Source: Lingula anatina
Taxonomy: Eukaryota > Animalia > Brachiopoda
Direction: 5' to 3'
Assembly: GCA_051362555.1 (NCBI GenBank)
Contig: CM120642.1
Span: 7,812,001 to 7,876,000, forward strand
DNA length: 64,000 nucleotides
The notes below the pieces were generated by a model, which saw only the letters and a list, made by a program, of their open reading frames with translations, was not told the DNA's origin and made no database searches. Below are positions 36,938 through 49,600 of this stretch, one piece after another. The position numbers and the translations under genes are program-made. Within the stretch, counting starts at the first letter, position 1. Each line of letters begins with the position of its first letter.

Positions 36938-37752
36938 TTAGTAAAAATCTTCTTCTTCCACCTCTCCTTCTGGTATACGCAGATACAGACTCAGCGTGCT
37001 GTGAGGGACCTGCGTTGCCTCGGCGACATCAGTACTGATTAACTGGCAGTTGGTGTCTGTATCTCCTTGCATTGGTCTGAAATGGAACCCGGTACATTCA
37101 GCCTCCCCCGTGCACTGTCCCATGCATATCATCGGGTTCTTTGTCGTTACGGATTTCAACGCGGCAGCGTTTTCAACGACGATGTTCTTTTGTACCTTGT
37201 ACTGGGCGCTCAGTTTCTTATTGCCTGGAAAAAACCAACATCATTTTGTTGACGTAATTTGTACATTGGAATGTATAAAAAAGGAGGCGATACAAAAGAA
37301 AATATGTTAATATATTTTGATGAGAAATATGGATTTGTGTTTACATTTAAAGGTGCAATATACTAGAGAATTTTTTAATAACTATTTCGTGATATTACGA
37401 AAAGCAATGTGATACCAAAGACAGGTGGGAAAATGTGTTAAATAATTACCTGGCATTATTTGGTAAAATTGCTTTGCGTGACTCCCACCTTTCCCGTTGA
37501 TGTAACAGGTAAATGAACGTTCCTGTCTCCTTTTGAGAATCAGGTGAGCCGATGCAGACGACAAGCACTGGCCGCCATTTTTAAGAGCAAACACTTTAAA
37601 TCCGCGTGCTTTGGCCGCTTTGTAGCATTTATAAACTGCGTCTTCTCGAGTTTGATAGTTGTCCATCAGCCGAGGGTCAGTCCCTTCTAGTGTTTCTAAA
37701 CCCACAACTGTGGAGTCAGCCCAACAACCAAGATTCTTGAACTGAGCGTCAT
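36938..37752 (-). CDS. WSC-like domain (37752-37450) and terminal PAN-like domain with an acidic tail (37224-36938)
   Basis: LGCWADS...LEG.DPRL...[25 protein letters not shown]; then [17 protein letters not shown]...NCQL...[10 protein letters not shown]-stop. No C-terminal hydrophobic anchor. Confidence 0.8.
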
Positions 37753-39700
37753 CTAAAAGTAAACAATTCAAACATTAAAACTGAACTTTCACATCTTATC
37801 GTGAGTCAGGTAGTGATATAAATCATGGGGTATTCCAAATACACATTTTTTTTTTGAAAAGAGAAATAAGACTGATTCCTTTACAAAGGGCAACAATGTT
37901 TACAATCTTTGTGAATTCCTTGATCCGCCGGTGCAAATCAACAGTCACCATAGCAGACATTTAATTTAACTCATTCGTGTATTTATAAAGCGATGCCATA
38001 TACAATTCCACATACAGGGTTACTAATTAATATGGAATATTTTTATCATTGTTATTTTTGAGTGCTGATTAAATTTTTATTTGGCTTGAGTTATTAAAAA
38101 AGTATGTCACTGAGTGATAATAACATATAGTCTTCTGTTGTGATATATTTTGGTCAATCATATCAAATCTGACATAAGATGCCATTCAAAAGAAAGGAAC
38201 ACCCCCAGAAAACCATATCAACAGCTTGATGTCAGTATAAACTTTAAGATAAGATATTAAAGAAAATGATAGCCTCCGGACAGTGATATGTTACACAGTC
38301 AAAGAACTCACTACAGTAAATCATGAAAAGTCAGTAATTGCGAGTATGACCTCCAGCAGCCGCTTGCAGCGCCCTCATCCTATATGGCATACCCCGTGAC
38401 ACGTTTTTTAGAGTTTGGGTGGGGATATCATTCCACGCAGTGATATTTGCCTGTCGCAGTTCATCACTATTTACCGGCCAAGGACCATAGCTATTAATTC
38501 TGTGAGTTACTTCCGCCCACAGATTTTCAATTGGGTTCATATCTGGAGAGTTTGCAGGCCAGGGCAGTTGCTGAACCCATTGGTTTTGAAGAAAAACAGT
38601 GATTCTGCGGCCTCGATGTGGGGTTGCGCAGTCGTCTTGGTACACAAAGTTGTTCCTGAAGATGACTCTTACCAATCGAAGCATTGTTTGCTGTAGAATG
38701 TCTCTGTAGGAATCCTGGATGAGGTTGCCTCCTAGAAAAACCAACTGGTTCTGGGCACCGACATGAAATGCTCCTCAAACAGAGACGTTACCATCCCCTG
38801 CTTGCACCCTAGGCAGTACACAATCATTGTTTTATGCCCCTCGTACACGTCGGTGGACACGGATTCGACGATTAACCCTAAAAAATCCATATTTGGCCTC
38901 ATCACTGAAAACAACGTGATTCCAGTGTTTTGGCTGCAAACGCACGTGGTCCCCAGCCCATTGCAGACGTCGCTGTATATGACCTGCTGTTAACAGTGGT
39001 TTCCCTACTGGCCTTCGTGCAAAATAACCGGCTTGCAGAAATCTCTTGTTCACGTGGGACCTTGAAACGGGCGTTTTAATGACATTCTGACTCTCTTTTC
39101 TGAGGACACTGGTTGTCTTTGTACGACCAGTACGGCGTCCTCTAAGGAGAAGGCGATCCTGTCTTCTTGGTGTGATACGCGGACACCCTGGTCGAGGTAT
39201 TGGAGTAGGGGCCCCTGTTACAGAATTTCTTTGGAGGACTTCACAAACGGTTCCTGATAAATGTTGAATTACCTGACAATGGCTGTCCGTTTCTGGCCAT
39301 TTTCTCTGAGAGCAAGAATCCCATAGTAAGCTGCGTTGCTTAGCTGTCGAACCATATCTTCACTAAGGTACCTGTCAAGTTTCAGAGCGATCTCTTTATT
39401 GCTTCTCTAAACACACTCCAAAGATTGACCAAACCCATGCGTTTTTATACAAGGGCAGAAATTGCCGAAAAGACCACCCCTCACATTTCTGACCACAGAA
39501 CATGCAACTGCATGCATCAATTGTTTCGAGAGTTGTGTGGTAATTAGGTAACACACCTGGCTACACATGGAGTGACACCTCAGCTTTGGATTTAAGTAGT
39601 TAGAGAGAAATTATATATTTTGTAGAAAATTTACTCGCCAAAAAATAATATTCCATATTAAGTGGTAACCCTGTAAGTTGGCCGTGCAAAATTTCCCTGT

Positions 39701-39735
<35 letters not shown>

Positions 39736-42700
39736 ACCGTGAAAAAAAACTAATACGAGTAAAGTACAACATGTATCTTTATTGTGCACTTACTATATTG
39801 GCATCTGTCTCCATGGATACCACGCGAACAGTAGCACTGCCTTTGACCTCCGTAGAAATAGCATCTTCCGCCATTTTTGCAGTATCTATAGAAACACCTG
39901 ACACCAAATATCGTCTGCTTCGGAGAACGCATCCACAGGAATATTGTACTCCTCCCTGAAGTATCAGTCACCGCGTTGCTGCAATCTTCTCCAAAGTGAA
40001 AGTTATTGTTGTCACTTAAAATGCTGCCATCGTTCAAACCCTACAATTAAATACATGCATGTATTATAGCCAGCAATTTTGTTCAAAATTAAATTTCACT
40101 GCAGAAAGCCTGAGAGCAATGAACTTAACAAAGTATACATTCCGCCTGACACAAGCGCAGATGCTTTTATCTGAGTAAACGACATTTATCTTAAACATTT
40201 AACCTTATTGCAGACAATTATTGCTACTGTATGACTTCACAATACGTCACTTATAAGTATGACATCACATTCATCTACCCAAATCAATATTGCACACGAC
40301 ACGACGGTATGTAGCAAACCTTAATCTGTCCTGCAATAATTGTCTTCATGGCGCTCACACCGATGTGATGTCGTCTTCGGACTCGGGCCTCTATATACGT
40401 CTTAGGTACTATCCACCAATTTCGCCACCTTCGAGCTGGGTTACTGTCTTCTGCGAAGAACTATCGGTGAAACGAAACGACGTAATTAAGAAATAATATT
40501 TAAGCGTCATTTACAAAATGAAAATGACACGGTTCGTTAAAACAGTATGGGAGTTAAGGGGCAGTGCGCCGCGAGGTTCAACCATTTCCTTTTCTTCACC
40601 CCCATAAAAACAGTTCAAAAAGCAAAACATTTTCCCCTGTGCCCTGCATAAACATATAAACATATTAATCGTCCTCGTCAACTTTTGAATATAGTATATT
40701 TGCCAAAGTAATGAATAAAAGTAACCTTATATATTCTTTTCTGGAACCGCCAGTGCGTTTATACTCACCTCCACGTGGTCAGTTCGAGACTTGCCTCGCA
40801 GTGACTCTATGTGCATCAGTATGGAGTAATCTCGTACCATGGGGGTATGGGCGCTTGTCGCCAACAGTGGCGTCGACTGGGAGCAAGATCTACATATAAT
40901 AAGAATGCATGATGGATCAGAATTTGAAAAAAATATGCGAAAAACATTTCATCAGGCTTAATGTTATATTGTGCCAAATGTTGGTCAAATTGATATTAAC
41001 ACTGAGTTTGCAAAGAGCCGGTAGATTTACTATGCCGGTTCTAGGATCCAAGATAGGATCGTAGGGTAGTTCAATCAAAATACAAAAGCTTCAAAAATGT
41101 ATGAAGAAACTTAGAGTTATGTTAATTGTAAGTATTTGTTAATTTCGGGAAAGCAATGGCTAAGCCTTTCATAATTTCATAACATCTTGTTTTCTATAGT
41201 TTGCTAATTACAACATGTTTCAGAATGCTAGTTAAAGTTGAATTACGAGAAAGGTAATTCAGGTTGAAACACTTAAGACAATAGTACAGATACCGTGAAC
41301 TTGTTGCCAGCAACAGCGTCCACCCTCCGCCATATCGTCTCATCTCGCAAAACGCCATTATAACGTGAGTTTGGGTGCGCAGACGATACCAGCCAGTCAC
41401 AGGGCGAGAGCCTTGAGATTCTCGAATCTCTTGACAGGAACCAGGAGCGGATGCTTGAAGAAAAGACAAGTTTTACCAAATAAAATAGGCGTTAGGTCAC
41501 ATGTTCTTTTAGATTTTCAAATAAATTTCATTATTTAAACAGAGTATATCGGACTTAAGTGTACCAAGGATTCCCAAGAGAAGAGAGCGAGTGTTGGACG
41601 AAACATAAGAAGAATAAAAAAATGCGATAAAATGTAGGACATACATGTTTAAACCCTTGCCTTTGTCTCACTTTTTTGTCACGCTATTAATTGCACTTTT
41701 ATTTCTGGGGAGGGGGGAGCTAGGGTGTCCTGTGAAGCTGCGAATGCTCCAACGCCCAAAAAGACATAATGATTAGTTTACTTAGCATCTTGTCTGAGTA
41801 ACTGACAAATTTTGTACTTGTTCCATAATATATATTTTAGGAAATATACTCCACATATTTCGCTCCGGTTAAATTTCATGTCAATTCATACCTTCATAAA
41901 AATTTGTTCCAGCTTCGGTTATAAGAGATATTTCACCGGAAGTCGCTGAATGTAGTGTACACCGTCCCCCACTGGACCGGAAGTCAAACGAGACACAAGA
42001 TGGCCGTCGTCTGCATTCTTCTTTACAATGGTCTAGTGTGATATCGGTTGTTGTGGAGAGAAAGGCACTGTTCATGGAGCGTCCACTGTGGGATATCCAT
42101 TGTTCATTCCAAGCTGAAAGAAAGGCGTGGCAACCAACGTGACTTATCAACATGTAAAAAATAGACATTGTGTTATATTTAACTGGACATGGACGGTTGC
42201 AAAGCCACCAAGTAGAGATTTTTTAAAAAGAAATTCTGCACATAAACATGTACCAATGTCACATGTACCAATGTCAGTGGCATTTACGTAGCATTGTGAT
42301 CAGTTTGATACTTATGTTTCCTTAGTAACTGTTATATATCTTACGAATTCGGATAATGGATAAATAATCAATTATTTGAAAACGTGAACGGAATGAAGTA
42401 GGAAATGACTCCGATCAGCCATTATAATATCGTACCTCTACTAATACATAGCTTCACATAACGCATTAACTGTACGTCGCTGTAGCTTATATTGTCACCG
42501 ACGAACCCAAGAAGCTTCATATAACATTTGGCATTGGCGCTGTCGTAAAACAGCTGGTTACAGAAATTTTGCCTGTCGCACTCTAACTGGCATGCGGATG
42601 CATTTTCCATTGTTCGCACCATGAAGTCCCTGCCGTGTAAGCTGGTCACATTGCCTTGAAGTGTCCACATAGTAGCTCCAGCACAATCTGGTGGGGAAGA

Positions 42701-43614
42701 ACATATATAAATCCCATGTTTCTTAAAGGATTTGGCGTTCCATAACAGATGACATGTTGCATAAAAGTGCATGTAAATTTATCAACAATGTAAACTTTTG
42801 ATCGTTATATGCCACCTAAGGAGAAGTCACTGAATTATTTAAACGTTAGTCCTTTTTATGCATTGCACCATAAAAATAACTAATTTTGATATATGTCTAC
42901 ATTTTTTCTAGGTTAACTTCAACCTTTTAAGCCAAATACGAATAATACAATCTATATGCAACCGCCATACACGTCTTCCTGTTAATGGACTAAAACGTTT
43001 TTCATTTTTACACTCTATTCCTGCAACAGTGTCGTGGGTCACAGGATTCTTAACATTATAAACTTTTAAACAAAAACAGTACATGGGTCAGCTGCTATGG
43101 GAAATGATCAAGGTCGTATTTTCCTTTTAATTACAAAATTGATTAAATACCAACCACTTTGGAAGTATGCAGCCACGCCATAGTCTCCAGTAGCAGAATT
43201 GGTGACAAAGTGCACGCGCATTTGGTTGGCAGACGACAGCACGGTTCCGGGGTTGTCAGTCCCGCAGAAATGCTGCACCACACCTGGTGTGCGTATCTCT
43301 AGATAGTCGTTAGCGCAGTTAACAGAGCTCTCAATCTATAGCAGGCAAAAAAAGATAATAAAACACATTTCTTTTCCATGCTATCGTTATGGGCCACAGG
43401 CTCTGGGGAACGGGTGGAGGGGGAGGAAAATTTTTTGAAAAATAATTTGTCCGAGGTCTTTTACAAGGATTTATATTTTCTTCCTCCCAATTCATTAAAA
43501 GCCTCGCCCTTCACTTTCACTCAGCGTCCAGAGTTAAGTTCCACAAGCATTTTTTGTCCCCAAGTGTTTTCTCAACATACGGTCCTGTATTCTGATTGTC
43601 TTCAATTTCAATTT

Positions 43615-43685
<71 letters not shown>

Positions 43686-46600
43686 TGTGTACGATAGAGA
43701 ATGAAAATTAGAGAATGATAATTGAAAGCATTTAAATTCTTTATATATGTAAATCTTATTTCATACAGGTACATGCACAGTATAAATAAGAGTTAGAAAT
43801 AACAGATAAGAAGTAGGTAGAGTTTGAGGTTTTCTTACCCTTAAATCGGTAATGTGCAATGCCACGCGATACCCACGTGGCACTAAGATATTATATTCGC
43901 ACTGAAGATCGTTTCCATACACTTCAAAGGGGTTCCCAGGCGTTCTAAAGAAACCAGCTTCCCCTTTAAAAAGTCTGGGCTTATCGCACACTGAAAAGGG
44001 AATTGATTTGATCGTTGGGGTAGAAATCAAAACTGTATATTTAGGTAAAGAAAGCGCATTGGACCTGTATTTAGCCGGAAAGTTGACATTTCTTTAGTAA
44101 TTTTAATTATTGAAAAAATTCTGACCTACATGTACAATTGCTTTTTGAGTTCTAAATATCTCCGTTATGAGTGAAATTTACCAGTCTCTTCCATTCTGAG
44201 AGTCATACTTAGAGCTTAAATGGATTTAAAGATCGTATTTATGTCAACGTTTTTCGAAATAATGTTAATTCGATGACCGAAAAGCGTCAAAATTTCCAAG
44301 AAAAATGCATTTCTTCCACAAAACTATATAACACTCACTATGAGCCTTTCACGCAAGATAATCAGATCAATAAAGTGCCTGTATATGATCTGCACATTCC
44401 ACACACTGAAATGGGCAATGGGATAAAAAAAATACAACAACACTCCTTAACCAAATGCTATTCACAAGCCAGAATTGTACTCACCTTGATCTACATTCCG
44501 CCGGCAATCAAAGCCAGCATCCTGTCCGTGATTGCAGTGGGTGAAACCGTAGCCATATCTATTACAATCGTGGATATTGCTCTCTGTACAACTATGGTAT
44601 GTTCGCATCCAAATGGGACCAGTACCTTGACCGTCGGTGTACATCTGACCGTCATCAAACCCAACCTGTCTGAAGACGGGAAATGGAAAAACCAGATAGA
44701 GTTGTGCAATATTCAATTTAAACAGAAATAATGAATGTTGCAAATACTGTTCGGAAATACTGAACAAAGACAGGTATATCAGATGCGCACTTAACTTGAA
44801 ATCTGTATTAAGCAGAAGTGTGAACACTGGTTGATACAATTAAAAGATATAGCAAGTGGGATGCTTCAATTACCACAAATTATTAGACTATAGTATGATG
44901 ATTGCCTATATCAAAATAAGTTTTGAACGAATGAAGCATGACCTGTTTGTGTTCTGTGGCGAGGTCGAAGCGGACAGTTTTTTAAAATGTGCCTGCTAAT
45001 GAGAGCACCATGACCTTAAATCGAGTTTGGAAAAGGTGTGGCAAGACATGCTCGCTGCAGTGTTAAATTAATAATGCCACCCTAAGTATCTGAATGTGAA
45101 CAGTGATTGAATTGATTCTCTACCCAGAACATGCTGCAAGTTACCTTTGCAGATTTTCAAGCAGATTGCAAATCCAGCGTGCTAAGTACTTCCCGACAGT
45201 ATATACATGTATATATATATGTATGTGAGAAGTATCGATATACGTGTAGCAGATTGTGAATCCCAGGGGATAAATACTTAGGTATTGACATGCAGAAACT
45301 ACGTGATCTATCGATATGAGAAGTGGTCAGTGAAATCCACGGTGGAAACTACTTACTGGCAGTATATATCTATGTGAGAACTATCAATATGTATACACAC
45401 TGTTCCCCACACATAGTTCATGGACATCTCCATCCTACCACGGTATGGGTGCCCATCTGTAAGGCGGTATTCTATGACGCTTGATTCTGGAAATTGGGAC
45501 AGAACATAAGAATAAAAGATATGTGTTATATTAATTTTTTCTTGCGCCAGTCTCCATCAGTCAGTTGGTTCAGTTTCTAAATTAAAATTATTCATAATAT
45601 AATTCTTCAAGTAAAGCCATACCAGCAGAGTCAAAGCAGACCACCCCAGCAGGAGTTCTGTGATCTCCAAGATAACACAGGTCAGGATCTGCCGAAATGG
45701 ACCATGGGCAATCAAATATGCTGGCTTCATTCCCAGTGCATTCCACCTTAGTCATGAAAATAGGTCGCCAGTATGAGTAGGTCCGCCTCGGTAAACCTTG
45801 ATTAAGAAGACAAGAAAACAATGTCACTGAAATCAACATAAACAAGTACTCTTGTTATTAGAGTCACACGTATACGCTGGTCTTAATAAACAAGACCATT
45901 ATGTGGATTCGACAGATTCAATACCCTATAATTTCTTGGTACGGACATCAGCGAGTGTTTGGATTTATAAAATAAGACCGATCTAAAAGATCTCCTTTCT
46001 CAGTCAAAACTTGCCTAAATTTTCAGACCAATTATCGTGTCAACGTTAGTTTGTACAAGTAAAAGCCGCCCTTTAGCCATTAACGTTTTATAGCGTTACC
46101 ATCACGTGGCCATAACGTTTTTTTTTTTTTTGTAAAATTGACGTTATGGTAACGTTATAATAACGTTATGTGTTTGCTGGGTACTAAGCATGTCACAATC
46201 GACCGTCTCACCTGATGCAACTCCGCCATAATATCCTAGTGTTCTACACAACACAGTAGCATCGGCGTCATCCCAGCCGTCTTGACATATGATTCCAGCA
46301 TGATCGCTACCGTACTGGATATAGACTCTACCATAATAACCGTTGGATAGGCTGATCGTTATGTCTGTAAAAGGTAATTTTTTTAAATCTATAAGTCATA
46401 ATAATAATTATTTATATTATCACCATCATCATCATCATCACTTTTTTTATTATTGGTTCTCACAATGGTTCTCTAACACTTTTAACATTCATCTCATTTT
46501 GAAACTATCATTCCATGATGCAACTGGTTAAATTTAACAAAACAGAATCGTTACCTGGCGGGTTGGCGTTATTCCAACACACCATGCTGACATCAAGTCG

Positions 46601-49600
46601 TCGGTCCCAGTGCGCAGCCTCGCTCATTGGCGCTCTCTGGCACTCATCCAAAGAGGCCTCACTTCCGGTGCACGTGACATTGTAAAACCATATGGGTCGC
46701 CATGGATAACCCACTGGGTTACCGAAGACCACAGTGCCATTTTCAAGGCCCACTGATTTGCAGGCCACCACGGCTAGGTTGGCCAGGCTGGTGGGGGAAA
46801 GGTTGGGGTCCGCTCCGACTGCCCCCCATTCCCCGAGAGTGTTCACCTCGAGGCGGCCGTACGTAGATGTCCTGTCAGCCAGACGGAAGCTATACGCTGG
46901 TTTGAAATAATTTGGAATACTATGTAAGGAATATGGAGCGCATGCAGGAAATGTGTATTCATGTTCACAGCATTAGGTGTAAGAAAGGGTAATGTTGATA
47001 AATAGCCGTTAAGCTCTTATCTGAGGGGAAGGGGTATCTACTAGAACTCTATGCTTCCATTCATTATTTAAACAATAGCAAAAAATACTCACACGAGGCC
47101 GCGCCTGAATCATAACAATAAACACCAACCCCTCCAACCATGTGGTCGCATGTCGGGTAGTAGCCGCCACCTATGCTTCCCAACGTGCACTCAAATATAC
47201 TGGCCTCGTTCCCGTTGCAGACAGGATTTTGAATCCAGAAGATCCGTGGCCCCCAGTCTCTCCCTAGGCCGCCGTTACCGTAAGGAATAGCACTGTCAAA
47301 ACCCTTAGCCCCACAGAGAACCATCGCGTCGTTTATCGTCCAGTCATCGTCGCAGACGATCCCCCAAGCATTCTTGTACTTCACCTGCAGGAACCCCCAG
47401 TTGCCGCGTGAAAGCTTCCACTCATTGGCTGAAACGAAAAATATGTAAGAAAATTAAGGCATCTGTTCCTAAAATGCCAAAGTGAGTAAAAAGAGGTTCA
47501 ATAAATGATAAAGTGAGTTCCTATGTCTGTATGTTACTTCAAAATTTTATTTGACTGGTTAAGTGAAAATTTTTAATTCAAAATTCAAAAATAAATATCT
47601 TATTTTTTGACTTAAATGAAATGAAATTATTTATAATTTATCTACGGACCAAACGGCCAATCAACTACAATGAAATACAAAACAAATAAGTACTAATGAA
47701 TGACTGAATAAAAAAACAAATTCACTACTTCGGATATTACTTTGGGTTAAAAGAATGGCTGGTACATGTACATCAGTTTTGCCCTTCAGAAATTCATACA
47801 ACACATGGAACAAATTGATGAGATAGGGGTTTCATTGCCACGTGTGTAAAGGTGACCAAGAGGTTAATCGTTTCTGAAGAGACTAGAGGTATGACGTTTA
47901 CACCCTTCATCAATGCGTCTTGATCACATGACACAGCAACGTGAGCCCTGGAAGTTATGACGTCATCGTTGAGGGTAAAAACTCCACGCCGCACAGGTAC
48001 AAACAACAGTCTCTTAAGAAACTTAATTTATTTTTTATCGTCAACCATTTGTTAGTGAAGTACTTACGCCATGTCTCTTTAAAAACTTTGGACTTCCTTT
48101 TATACCATCAACCATTTGATAGCTACATGTAGGCCTACTTACGTCATTCTTCATAGGGAAAAGCACGTTAAGTTTCTATGAGGACTTTAGATTTACATTT
48201 TATACCATCAACCAGTTGTGAGTTACTCACCGTACGTTATAGAAGACTGGTAACACAACACAGCTGCTGAGTGATAGTGAGAGCAGTGAGAGTCGGTATG
48301 TGTACAGTCCAGAAGATAACTCTCTGAGCCAGTGCACTGCCAGTTGCTCTTACTCGAGCTATGTCCCCAGGGTGAAGACGACCCACAGCAAACGGCGTGC
48401 CCGGAGTCAAAGCCGCGTTCGCTGCAGACGACCGTCGCGTCGGTGTCGTCGAAACTGCCGTCACACACTGGACGTCTGTGATTGTAGACGCCGTTTATCC
48501 AGAACTCCACGCGTCCAAAGTGACCGTACAACACAGCGCCTGTCAATCAAAATGATGGATTAAGCTTAGCCGATTTCTCATACTTCCTTGTTTAACTTAA
48601 TTCCTAGATCTTTTATAAAAATGTGTTGTAAAAGCACCCAACGTTTCTTATTTTCAAGCTGAAGGAAATATTATAAGATCGTTTGGGGGATTTCATACAT
48701 GATATTTGTATCTCGGCGCAAAGTATATTTAGGTAAATGCAGTTGTGATATAGACAATAAAATTTGTTTCATTGCAGTTTTAATCAAAAACAATAAAAAG
48801 ATAAAAATAAAAAATAACAACGCGCACAGAATATCTCGACTCACTCAACAAATGTAATAGAAAATATATTAAACCTACTGTTTGACGTCGACACAAAGCA
48901 AAATATAGCAACGTCTAAAGCATGGTTGCCACCGCAGGCGTTTTCCTTCATTCCTTCGTGATAGAATGGGCAGTCCAGGATAGAGGCCTCGGACCCGGTA
49001 CAAATAGGGCCTCTCATATAGATTCGTCCACTCCCCTGTCCATAAGCATCTATCTCAGTAATAACGTGACCATCTGGAAACATGATTTGACAAGGTCTTT
49101 AATAGTATCCCTGAAAATTAAACTCGGTACAATAATTTACCTCTGCTTCGGGCTCTCACTACATATCCATACGCGTCTACGTCAGTTAGAAATATTGAAG
49201 CAGGAAGAGTGGTTTTCGAAATTGATTTTTGAAATAGATGACCTGAATTTCAATAGACCGTTAACGTTAGGATAGACAAATTACATGCGCAATTGAAACT
49301 TATACGCGAAATCATTTGAGCAAGTATCTTAATTTGTCAATTTTTTTTCTTTTCATTCTGACTGATGCAAAATGACAGATACATTCAGAAATTTACATGA
49401 TGTTCTCCAGCACATCAAATATCTGTCAGTCTTTATTGGCGTCGAGTCATTTAATCGCAGTTGCGAGCGAACATGAACAAACATTCAAATGAGAATATAT
49501 CAAATTTCAATTTTAGAGCTTTCTTTCTCTTTATCACTGCACATCTACATGTATCTATCTATCTGTCTGTCTGTCTATCTGTCTATCTATCCCTTAACCA

